Source: Heteronotia binoei
Taxonomy: Eukaryota
Length of the DNA: 64,000 nucleotides
NCBI RefSeq assembly: GCF_032191835.1
Contig: NC_083228.1
Coordinates: 70,866,001 to 70,930,000 of the forward strand
Reading direction: 5' to 3'
Shown here: piece after piece, positions 24,179 to 34,099 of the stretch
How the letters are laid out: every line of letters starts with the position of its first letter
Numbering within the stretch: position 1 is the stretch's first letter
Notes under the pieces: generated by a model
What the model saw: the letters and a program-made list of their open reading frames with translations, nothing else
The model's database searches: none
What the model was told of the DNA's origin: nothing
Position numbers and translations under genes: made by a program

Positions 24179-26022
24179 TTCAATACCTTCTCTCCTTTTA
24201 AATGTTATTGCTCATCTATCTCCATATTGCCTGTCTCCATATTGTCCATCTCCATACTCTCAGGGCTATTTCCCCCTTGTTCTCATAAGTGCCACACTCA
24301 ATCTTACACTCTCTCTCAACTAGAGATGTAGTTAAGAACTTATTTCTGTCTCTTCTCTTTCACCTAAACTATATACCAGGGAAGGGGAAATTTTGGTCCC
24401 TTTCACACCGTCACTTTATTTCACAGTGAATTAATTTCTCCCCATCTGTATTTAATTGGGATGGTAATGCTTCTTTTTTAATAGCAAATACATCTGCTTG
24501 AAAAACATACCTGGAACATTTCTTCTCTTTCAGATGGCGTTGTGCCTATGTGTTTGGTGTGAAAGTAATTTTCCTTACAAAGGGGTCACTGGATATTGAT
24601 AGTTGACTGACTGCTGAAAAACAAACAAACCACCTTCTACTCAGAGTTGCAAACATGGTAAAAAGTTCATATGAAAAAGAACTTTATGTTTCTGGAAACT
24701 ACTAAATTTTTTTCAAGGGTTATGACAGCCAGTCATAAAATTGCAGTTCAGTGGGTTGAATTAGTCACAAAATGGTAGCTTGTACAAAGCATTCTAAAGC
24801 AAGTCATCAGTGCTGAGGAGGAGAAACCTTTCCTCTGCCATTTTCCTAAAGTAAACCACCACTAACTCCTCAAATTGTAATTTTTCCTGCAGAGGAAAAA
24901 TATAAATCTATCTCTGGAAGCGGCAAATAGCAATTTTTCAGCTATTCACTAGCATGATTCTTTCCTGTCCAGAGTATGTGTGTCCATGTGTATATGAGAA
25001 GAAGGAGGAGGGGAAGAGGCAGATGGGAAAGGGTGCTAGTATGTGTGCATTCTCATTCACATGAAAGAGAAAGAGGAGAGAAGCTGATGCAATAGTTTTA
25101 AAGCGAAGGATAAGAAAGTGATTGCAGAAGTACTGGAAAAAGGAGAATGTAGTCTCTGCAAGCCCGCTGCGTGCCAGCGTGGCTGAGGGGACGATTTGCC
25201 TCCCTTCGGAGGGAGAGCGGCAACTTCGGCGCCTTTCTAGGCGCGTTTTGAGTGGGCGGGGTTTCAGCGCTGTTGCTGAAGCCCCGCTCTTGGCTGGGAC
25301 AGTCTTCCCGGCGTTTTCGGTGGGCGAGGAGCGTGCTTGCACGCTTCCGAGCCCGTCCGAGGTTGCTTTAGGCTGGGAGACTCGTGGAGCGTCGGAGCTG
25401 TGTTGGTCGCTTCGGGTGTGCTGCGGAGCGTCGGGGATCGTCGTGGGACATTTCTTGACGTTTTTATACAGTTTGTGGTGCCCTGGGCACTTAGTGTTGC
25501 CTGATTTGGGCTTTGCTGGATCCCTCTATTTTGGGTGCAATTGGCCAGTGGTGGGAGGTTGTTGTGTTATAGAGGCTCCGGTGCTTGAGCTTTTTGACCC
25601 CCCTCCCCCCCCTCTACCCTGTTGTGTGGGGTGTGCAGCTTAGTGGCTGTTTTAGCAAAAGTGAGGATGGTAGTGTGAGTGGGGCCGTGTGCCTGCCAGG
25701 GTCAGTCGGTTGTTACTGGCTGCCATTAGTGTTTGCTGGGGTGGTTGTTCTTGGCTTCACTGGGGTGGCTGGGCGGCCATTTTAAACTACCTCCTTCTTC
25801 ATTATCCCTGGCGGCCATCTTTGCAGGGATAAAGCGGCGGCCATTTTAGAGGGTTGTGGAATGGCAGCCATTTTAAGGTCGAGGCTTGGCCTGTTTGCCC
25901 TTCACCCCCCCCCCTTTTTTCTTAGTCTATTCGGGCTGGCTTTTTGTTTTAAGGGCTCGCTGCCTGGAGGATTGCACTTCTCCCTTGGAGTAGTTATCTA
26001 GTTGGGTGCTCTTCATTACAGC

Positions 26023-27401
26023 ATGTCGGGCCGCAAAAGTTCTGGGAAGCCTAAGGGGAAGCAGCCGGCCCCTAGGGCCCCCAGGCCGCCGCCGAAGCGC
26101 CCACCGCCACCCTCATCTTCAGATGAGGAAGGTGATGATGATGTCAATGCAGTCATTTTTCAGCGACTTCAGGCATTAGAGCGGGCATCGGGCCTTCCAC
26201 CTTCCCAGATGCCCAATAAGGGGTGGGTCTCCAAGAGGACATTTCAGGCCGACATCCTAACACGCTTGTCTTTTCTTGAGAGCAGATCAACAGCGGCTGC
26301 CGGTGGTGCTGTGGGGCATAGTGGCCTTGACGTTGGTGCTGGCTCATCCTCCGGTGCAGGTTGTGCTGGGTCTGCTTTGGTGCCCTCGGGGCCTTCTGGT
26401 AAGTTTGGGGATGGGTCTTTGTCTCACATGGGGCCTACATGGCCTTGGGGGGCCTGGGGGTCTGCTGGAACTAGTGGGGCTGGCTCTCCTCTAGGGGCCG
26501 CTTCTGCTGCGGGCTTAGATCAGCCTGGCAACTGGTTGGGGACTCAGGGTCAGTGGGGCATGATGGGCCCCTGGCCTGGTGTTGGACAGCAAGGGGCCGG
26601 AGGGGCTTGGCCTGGCTGCTGGGGTTTCCCTTCTCCGTATGGGGCGGTGCCCTTTAGTGCCATGCCTTCCGGTGAGGTCGCCTTACCGTTAGGCGATCAC
26701 TTGCTGCCTGCCACAAAGGAAAAAATTTTGAAGGGGAATAGGTGGATGTATTCTCCCTTTTATATAGAGAGTTAGAGAAAAAGGACAAGGAAGAGCTAGA
26801 CGACAAAGATAAGGAGAAGCTCAGGAAAAGGAAGGTTGAGCGGACCTGGGCCAATTGGCTCCCTGGGTTTCTTATTTATGCGGGGGTTATCGCACGGGCT
26901 CAGCCCTGGCGGGCTGCTGCCTTGATACAATACTTGGACATTGTGTACAAAGGGTACACGATGTTCAGTGGCCTGGCCTGGTGCCAGTATGACCAGGAGT
27001 TTAGAATGCGGGCCGCCTTGTACCCTTCACTCCCGTGGGATCGGATACACCAGCAGTTGTGGCTGCAGGTGATGTCACCGGCTCGGCCCAATTTGGGGGA
27101 GCGATCCGATAGCGGGCACCTTGTTTTGAAAGGTCCCGCTTCCCTGTCTGGTGCGCCCTCTTCCTCCCGCAGTGTTGCGGGGCAGGCGGTTCAACCCCGC
27201 TTGCTCTGCTGGGAGTTTGGGTCCCAAGGGGCTTGCAGTCGAAAGGACTGCCATTTTAAGCATGAATGCCCCTTGTGTGCTGGCCCGCACTCCTTCAGCA
27301 ACTGCCCCAGAGTCCGACCCCGCAAGGGTCAGAAAAAATCAGGCGGGGGCTCTTTCCAGCCTGGTAAAGGGTCCCAGCCCGATAAGGGTGGGGCCTCTTA
27401 G
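26023..27401 (+). pseudogene. gag: Ngaro-1 gag, disrupted at about 26733-26741
   Basis: Alignment to Ngaro-2 (RGEYVDVF) needs one more G in AAGGGGAATAGGTG and even then reads TAG; C-terminal half retains WANWLPGF..YDQEFRMRAA and the CCCH/CCHC cysteine cluster. Confidence 0.88.
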
Positions 27402-30400
27402 TGTGTGGCTACGTAGATACCCACGCAGGGAGGACAGTTGTTATCTTTTGAATGGTTTCACGTTAGGTTTTAGGATTCCTTTTCAAGGTCCTCGGGTACC
27501 AGCTTGGTCCAAGAACCTTAGTTCAGTTGTTGGTCTTGAACATATAGTTAGGGAAAAAATTGCTAAGGAGCTGGCTGAGGGCAGGATTTTGGGCCCCTAT
27601 ACCAGTCCTCCGGTTAGGAATTTTAGGGTTTCCCCGTTGGGGGTGGTGCCAAAGAAAGCACCTGGTGAATTTCGTTTGATTCACCACCTTTCTTATCCTA
27701 AGGGTTCATCGGTCAATGATGGCATACCTGAGGAGCTTTGCTCCGTTAGGTATACCTCTTTTGATCAGGCCGTGGGCGTCGTGCGACGCTGTGGTCAGGG
27801 GGCTGAGATGGCAAAATGCGATATCAAGTCGGCATTTCGCCTTCTCCCTGTCCACCCGGACGATTTTGAGTTGCTGGGCTTCTCGTTTGCGGGGCAGTAC
27901 TACATGGACAGGGCATTGCCTATGGGGTGCTCTGTTTCTTGCGCTGCTTTTGAGTGCTTCAGCACATTTTTGGAATGGGCTGTGCGTGAAAAAGTGGGCT
28001 TGCAGGAGGTCGTTCATTACCTGGACGACTACCTGTTTGTGGGCCCCGCAGGCTCAGGCCGCTGCGCTCAGCTGCTAGCTGGCTTTGTTGATTTGGCCGC
28101 TGAGTTGGGCGTGCCGTTGGCAGAGGAGAAGACAGAGGGCCCAGCCCAACGCCTTGTTTTTCTCGGGATTGAACTAGATACTCTGGAGCAGTCATCTAGG
28201 ATTCCTGAGCCGAAGCTGCTGGATTTGAAGGAAAGGATTAACTCCTTTCTGTGTAAAAAGAAGGTTACGTTGCTTGAATTGCAGCAGCTAGTGGGGCACC
28301 TTAACTTTGCCTGCAAAGTGGTCGCCCCGGGTAGGCCTTTTCTGCGCAGGTTCTGTGATGCTATGGCGGGCCTTCGCGCGCCTCATCACAAGACCAGGGT
28401 TACTAGCAGCATGAGGGAGGACCTGCGGATGTGGCAGGAGTTTTTGGAATCCTTTAATGGGATTTCATTTTGGAGAGAGGAACTGAAGCTTGAGGTGGAG
28501 CTTCAGGTCATGTCAGATGCTGCTGGGTCACTTGGTTTTGGAGTCTACTTCCGTGGACACTGGTGCATGGAAGAGTGGCCTGAGTCGTGGGTGCAGGCCG
28601 GTTTAAACAGGGACCTCACTTTTTTGGAATTCTTTCCTATTTTAGTTGCAGTTTGGCTGTGGGGGAATGATATGGTGAATTGCACCGTGCATTTTTGGTG
28701 CGATAACATGGCTGTGGTTCATGTTATTAATTCCCTTACATCCAAATCTTCACGGGTTATGAGGTTGGTACGGGCCTTCACTCTGTGTTGCCTGCGGCTT
28801 AACATTCTGTTTTTGGCCAAGCATGTTCCTGGGGTTAATAACGGGGTGGCTGACGCTCTCTCTCGTAAACAGATGGAGAGGTTTCGTCAGCTGGCCCCAG
28901 ACGCCGATCTGGATGCGGTGCCAATGCCCCAGGAGCTGTGGCTGATTGGAGAGCCGAGGCCTACAGAGCCATAGGTCTAGCCATTGCTCCCAGCACCAGG
29001 AGGTCTTATGAGCGTGCCGTGCGGCAGTTTGAGGACTTTAGGGCTGAGGTAGGGTATCGTATTGTTTGGCCCCTCCCAGTGGAGCAGTTGCTCCACTACT
29101 GTGTTTATCTAAGAGGTAAGGGACTGGCCGTGCGATCAATTCGGGGGCGTATGTCTGCGTTGGCCTTCGCCAGTAAGGCTTTGGGGTTCAAGGAAGAGAC
29201 AGCAGATTTTCGTATTCGAAAGATGCTGGAGGGGTGGTCCAGGGAGGCTGGGCCTGTGACTGATACTAGGGCCCCTGTGTCTCCTGAGATTCTTCGGGGA
29301 TTAAAAGGGGTATGGAGCGCAGTTTGTGCGTCTCCTTTTGAAGTAGTTTTGTTCCACGCAGCCTCTCTAGTGGCCTTTTTTGGGGCTTTGAGGGTTAGCG
29401 AGCTGGTGGCAAGCTCCAAGAGTGCTGTTTCCGGTAGGGCGTTGTTGCTTAGGGATGTTAAGTTGCTGGCGGGTAAGGTGGTCCTTACTGTCCGGCGATC
29501 CAAAACTGATCAGGTGGGCACGGGGACAGTGCTGCAGTTGGGTCCGTGTTCAGAGGTGGAGCTTTGCCCAGTGGCCGCATTGGTTGACTATTTGGCTGTG
29601 CGGGGAGGCTGCGCGGGATTGCTGTTTTGTCATGAGGGAGGTAGTCCCCTGACAAAGCATCAATTTTGGACAGTGACATCAAAGGCCTTAGCCCTGTTGG
29701 GGTTGTCCGGAATTAGGTTTGGCACCCATTCCTTTAGAATTGGGGCAGCTTCTACAGCTGCGGCCTTGGGTTATTCCGCTTCGGCCATCCAACGCCTTGG
29801 CCGTTGGCGTTCCCAGGCTTATAAAGGTTATATTCGCCCCATGCTCCGCTAACGGTTTTAGGGAGTAGCTTGGGGGCGTTGAGGTTTGGTTTATACAACT
29901 GTTTGTTTCTTTCTTTTAGATGCTGTGGTTCCTGGCCGGAGGAGCAGAGTTCTCATCTGCGGGCACAGTTATGTGTTCTGGGCGGCACATCAGGCTCGGA
30001 AAACTGCTGTTGGCTCACAGCTGGGGCTCAGCAAATATGTCACGATAGAGTGGAGGGGACGCCATGGGCTTCAGTGGCCCGGCTTGCTCTCCCTTTTGTT
30101 TCACGGGTCCGGGGCCCCTCCTCCGCAGGTATTGATTATTCACCTGGGAGGGAACGATCTCGGGCTGATTAAAGGCAAGGCGTTGATCTTGCAGGCCCGG
30201 GATGATTTCAGGTACATAAGGAACAGATGGCCTGGTACCATTATAGTTTGGTCGGCCATGATTCCACGCTTGGAGTGGTGTTGTGCCTGGAATCCAGCTG
30301 GGTTGGAGAGGGCTCGCTACCGAGCGAATAAGGAAATTCGCAAGGTTTTGGAGGGTGGCTTGGGTCACTATTTGCCCCATCCAGATATTTCTAAGGAATG

Positions 30401-30521
30401 TCCCGACCTCTACAGAGGGGATGGAGTGCATCTCTCGGAAAAGGGTAATATGCTTTTCCTGAGAGATTTACGGCAAGGGCTCTTGTCGGTTTGGGGTTTT
30501 TCTGTGGGTGCTAAGCCCTAA
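26023..30521 (+). CDS. Predicted spliced GagN-SGNH fusion, join(26023..26398,29920..30521), 325 aa
   Basis: Donor CTG|GTAAGT and acceptor TTTTAG|AT are both phase 1; junction reads GPS-D-AVVPGRRSRVLICGHS. Confidence 0.72.
27151..28974 (+). CDS. pol: Ngaro-1 reverse transcriptase / RNase H, +1 frame overlapping the gag end; true start unknown
   Basis: RLIHHLSYP, KCDIKSAFRLLP, LPMGCS, HYLDDYLF; RNase H SDAAG / LEFFP / WCDN / ADALSR. Confidence 0.95.
   Translation: MRPLPPAVLRGRRFNPACSAGSLGPKGLAVERTAILSMNAPCVLARTPSATAPESDPARVRKNQAGALSSLVKGPSPIRVGPLSVWLRRYPRREDSCYLLNGFTLGFRIPFQGPRVPAWSKNLSSVVGLEHIVREKIAKELAEGRILGPYTSPPVRNFRVSPLGVVPKKAPGEFRLIHHLSYPKGSSVNDGIPEELCSVRYTSFDQAVGVVRRCGQGAEMAKCDIKSAFRLLPVHPDDFELLGFSFAGQYYMDRALPMGCSVSCAAFECFSTFLEWAVREKVGLQEVVHYLDDYLFVGPAGSGRCAQLLAGFVDLAAELGVPLAEEKTEGPAQRLVFLGIELDTLEQSSRIPEPKLLDLKERINSFLCKKKVTLLELQQLVGHLNFACKVVAPGRPFLRRFCDAMAGLRAPHHKTRVTSSMREDLRMWQEFLESFNGISFWREELKLEVELQVMSDAAGSLGFGVYFRGHWCMEEWPESWVQAGLNRDLTFLEFFPILVAVWLWGNDMVNCTVHFWCDNMAVVHVINSLTSKSSRVMRLVRAFTLCCLRLNILFLAKHVPGVNNGVADALSRKQMERFRQLAPDADLDAVPMPQELWLIGEPRPTEP
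28938..29852 (+). CDS. Ngaro-1 tyrosine recombinase
   Basis: Catalytic set LRVSEL (R), SKTD (K), HSFRIG (H-x2-R), GRW (W), YKGY (Y). Confidence 0.95.
   Translation: MADWRAEAYRAIGLAIAPSTRRSYERAVRQFEDFRAEVGYRIVWPLPVEQLLHYCVYLRGKGLAVRSIRGRMSALAFASKALGFKEETADFRIRKMLEGWSREAGPVTDTRAPVSPEILRGLKGVWSAVCASPFEVVLFHAASLVAFFGALRVSELVASSKSAVSGRALLLRDVKLLAGKVVLTVRRSKTDQVGTGTVLQLGPCSEVELCPVAALVDYLAVRGGCAGLLFCHEGGSPLTKHQFWTVTSKALALLGLSGIRFGTHSFRIGAASTAAALGYSASAIQRLGRWRSQAYKGYIRPMLR
29920..30521 (+). CDS. Ngaro-1 SGNH/GDSL hydrolase (esterase) exon
   Basis: Block I ICGHS, block III LGGND, block V DGVH; preceded by GTTTGTTTCTTTCTTTTAG. Confidence 0.92.
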
Positions 30522-30540
30522 GTAGAGACTTGGCCTTAGT
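30510..30540 (+). other. Conserved RNA hairpin with AGAG loop at the SGNH stop (Ngaro-1)
   Basis: GCTAAGCCC(T)AAGT-AGAG-ACTTGGCCTTAGT; covaries with 49520-49550. Confidence 0.7.
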
Positions 30541-30899
30541 TGTGGCAGGTTCTACGGGGTTTATGGCACCAGGCGGCCTGGGGAGGACCAGTTAGCCTCC
30601 CCCTTTTGGGGAGTTAGGGGTCTGTCAGGATCTACCTTTGGTGTGGCCCGAGGTATGTGAATGCAGACTGTCCTGGAGACTCGATTGGATGGGTGCCTTT
30701 CGCTGAGACTCGCGTCTGGTGTTTGGGCCCTCCAGTGCGAGCCTTCCTGCTGGGTCTGCCTGGCGGGAGCTGTGGGTCACAGCTCCGGCTGGGGGACCGG
30801 GTCTCTCGCCCGCTGAAAAAGGCAGGGGAGCGGTCCGAGGAGACCCCTGGCCCTGACCTGGCTGCAGTTCGGTTGCCCTTGCCGAGGTTGTTTATTTTT

Positions 30900-30905
30900 A
30901 ATAAA
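30900..30905 (+). terminator. Poly(A) signal in the Ngaro-1 B repeat
   Basis: AATAAA about 60 nt before the element end, same position as in Ngaro-2. Confidence 0.75.
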
Positions 30906-32576
30906 AGTGGCCCATAGTTTCACCAATCCAATTGTGTCCGTCTCTTTATTCCGACTTGGGGGGCAACTACTTTTAACTGCATGGAGAGTATCTTTTGCCA
31001 TTTTTCAGAGTCACCCTTTGTCAAGTATAAAATGTAGTTTCATTCTAAGAAGTATTGTTAACTTCTCAGGGGACAAATTCAGCCATGCTGATTCAGCTAA
31101 CCATGATCACACATCCAAGCATTCAATACTGTATGAATTAATATCCCTGTTGCTAGTAACTGCTGGGCAACTGTAAAACAGTAATTACTGTGACTTCATT
31201 ATATTCTCTTTGATACAGGGAAATTTTGTAGATAATGTTTGTTCTTGATCAAGTATTTGCATTTAATTGTTATAGCAAATGTTCCGTGGAAGATGATTAG
31301 TTGTTGACCTTTCTTCATGGCTTCAAAAGTGTGAGGATGTTGGATCAACTCTCTTACTGTTATAGAAGATAAGGCTTTCAAGGCAATTATTACATGTAAA
31401 AGCTCTAGAAAATATTTCTTTCATATTTTGTCTTCTGTGTTTCTGACTTACAGTAACAGCTTCATATGCATATGCATAGTGCAGCTTGTGACTGCCATGC
31501 AACAGTATTGTGAGGATCAACTGGCAAGGCTGTCTTGGTAATGAAGAATAACCCTCTATTGTGTCATCTGTCCTAATATCACCATATCTGTGCACTGAAA
31601 TGTCACATGCTTTTAAACTTTTTAAGCAGGGGTGTTTTAGTGCCTTGACACTTATCAAATTACCAGGTACGAAAGTGTGGGGGGGAACCAGAAGTGTTTT
31701 TCTGTGTACTTCCCAATCCCACCTTGCTAATATTTATCCCAGAGCAAGAAACTGTGTAGCCACATGCATTGTTTGATTGACATCTGAGAAAAACAGCTAA
31801 TGCTGATTACGCTGATGATGACAGTGGCCAATACAACATTGGGAGAGATTGCACCACTGTGGGAGACAAGAGATGTTTTATGAATACCGTGTAGGCAGCA
31901 GCTAGAGGCATGGGGTAAAAAGACTCTGGAATTAAGTTATTCTGTATTTGCAGTTTGTGGCCAGGAAACTCAGCTCATGAAATTCTGTAGCCTGCCTCTC
32001 TTCTGAGTCTCTGTGGAAATGGACAAAGAGTCCTTTCCAGGGGTTGTTTTGTAGAAAAATAAGCGATGGAGCTCATCCAGGGATTGTTATGCAGCTGCAC
32101 CTATTATTCAATGAACAAGGTGGGAAGAAGGAGGTGGAACTCTCAGAAAGGTTCAGAAGCTGTGCTCCTGTGAGCATTCGCTGAATCCAAGGACTGGTCC
32201 TTTCTAAGTAAGTCAGAAATAATTATAGTAGCTGTCATTTCCCCAGAAAGCACTTTCCTAACATAGGGCACGTTCTTTGGGGGGCCATAACTCAGACCAC
32301 ATAAATCCAATCTTCACCAAATCTGGACAGCAGGCAGAGAGTCAACCAGAGCCCTCCTGTGAGATTGGTATCTCTAACTTGCACAGTATCCATTCTATGT
32401 GCTCCTGAACTTTAGGAACCTACATGTACTGGTTCTCCAGGAGGCATTTATAGCCAAGTCTTAATGAGATAAACTCTCAAATAATTCCTTGGCAGTCATC
32501 CTGAAGCTACTTACTCTTCAACTGACAGCTGATGATGTTTCAGGAGTCTAGCACTTTTTCTCTCTTGCAACTCTAA

Positions 32577-32842
32577 TGGTGTTTTCCCACAGAGCTTACC
32601 TCGGAGCGACGTCCCTCTTCACTGCGCAGCGTCTGCGCGGATTTCCCACCAACTGCTCCGCATAACCAGGAAGTGCCAGACCTTTTGCGTCACAGATGTG
32701 AACCGCTAAAACCCAGTTTACGTTAGTGACGCAAAAGCCGCAGCTCTTCCTGGTTATGCGGAGCAGTTGGTGGGAAATCCACGCAGACGCTGCGTGGTAA
32801 AGAGGGACGTCTCTCCAAGGTAAGCTCTGTGGGAAAACACCC
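32577..32842. mobile_element. PIF/Harbinger MITE, same family as 3588-3854
   Basis: Long TIRs; TSD TAA. Confidence 0.88.
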
Positions 32843-34099
32843 TAAGTGTCTCTGATAGTATCAGTGCTGCAAGAGTATTGGTGATCTAGATGGGCTGGGA
32901 AGCCTTGTTTACTGCTTCAGAGCTTCAGTTTCAGCTGTAGGTTGTGACTCCAGATCAGTTGGTAAGCCAGTCTCTTGTTGTTCTCCTCCTGGCTCAGAAT
33001 CAGCTGTAGCGGGGTGTTCAATTAATGGCTAAGAGCTGGCTGATGAATCCAAGTTGTCATTGAGCACAGACTGACAACACTGTGCCTGTCAAAAAGGTCA
33101 TTTTGACAGGTGCAGGTTCAGGAGTGAACAGAACAGATTCTGTTCAATCTAGAGACATCAAAGTTACAGGGAACCTCCCTAGGATGCTTCTCTAAATGCC
33201 CTCCAAGTTGTTGCTTTGAAGTTTTGCAAACATTTTGATTGAGGACATTTTGTCCAGGAGGACAGTCTATCTGGTTATATATCCACTCACAAACTGGCAC
33301 AAACTTCCATGAAAAGTTTGAAAATTTGTGGAAAGTTCATGCTAGTTGCCACAAACTTGACTTCATGAAGCATGAACCAGCCAAAATTCATCATGAACTT
33401 TAGTTTATGATCCCCCCTTCCCCCAAACAGCACCCTCCCTAAGTATCCCTCCCAAATTTGCAGGGATTTCCCATAAGAAGAATCATAACGTTCTTTCCAT
33501 GATTGGCCCATCCATTATGGTGGGTTTTTTTAATTTCCTGCAGAGTTTCTTTCCCATAATTAAACTTTTCTCCCAGTTATTCAAACCTTCAAACCCATGT
33601 CTATAGATTATATCTTTTCAGTGACTGGACTTAATCCACCTAGATTAAGCTTTCCTTAAATAAGCAAGTTCTGTTCTTTGGTGGTAGGTTTTAATCATTT
33701 GGTTTTGTACACTTATCGTTGTAGGGGGGAAATCCTCTTATCTATGGAGCATGAAATAGCTAGTTGTATAACCAAAACAAAAGAGCTGCTGATTAACTAG
33801 TGCATTAAAGCTGTTTACAGGCCTTGTATCAGTATTTCTCAGCTTTTGTTAGGTACTTCAGACATTCCTGCTTTGTAACATCCAGTATTAAATTGTCCTT
33901 TAGGCAGATACAGGTAGTTAATACCCTGCAGTGTCCTTATGTAAACAGTTTGCACCAATACACACCTTTCAAATTGGTTATTTAGAGAACACATGCAAGT
34001 AGATTTTCCAATGACTTACAAATATACCCTATTCTGTGGCGGCTTGCGGGTGCTAAATAGCTTTTTAATATATGTGAGTTTGAAGCCAATGGTGAAAAT

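Larger units (their letters stand above)
25148..30966 (+). mobile_element. Ngaro-1: tyrosine-recombinase retrotransposon, structure A-gag-pol-YR-SGNH-B with a single B repeat
   Basis: Four ORFs homologous to Ngaro-2; 3' end CCGACTTGGGGGGCAA matches the Ngaro-2 B end; 5' boundary is approximate. Confidence 0.93.

Noticed and set aside
24534-24564. Possible 31-nt plus-strand exon (TTTCTTCTCTTTCAG|..AAA|GTAATT)
   Set aside because: Too short to assign and without supporting neighbours; such sites occur by chance in 64 kb
28881-28891. In-frame acceptor TTTCGTCAG| that would give a GagN-YR fusion in Ngaro-1
   Set aside because: Weak pyrimidine tract, and the homologous position in Ngaro-2 has no AG
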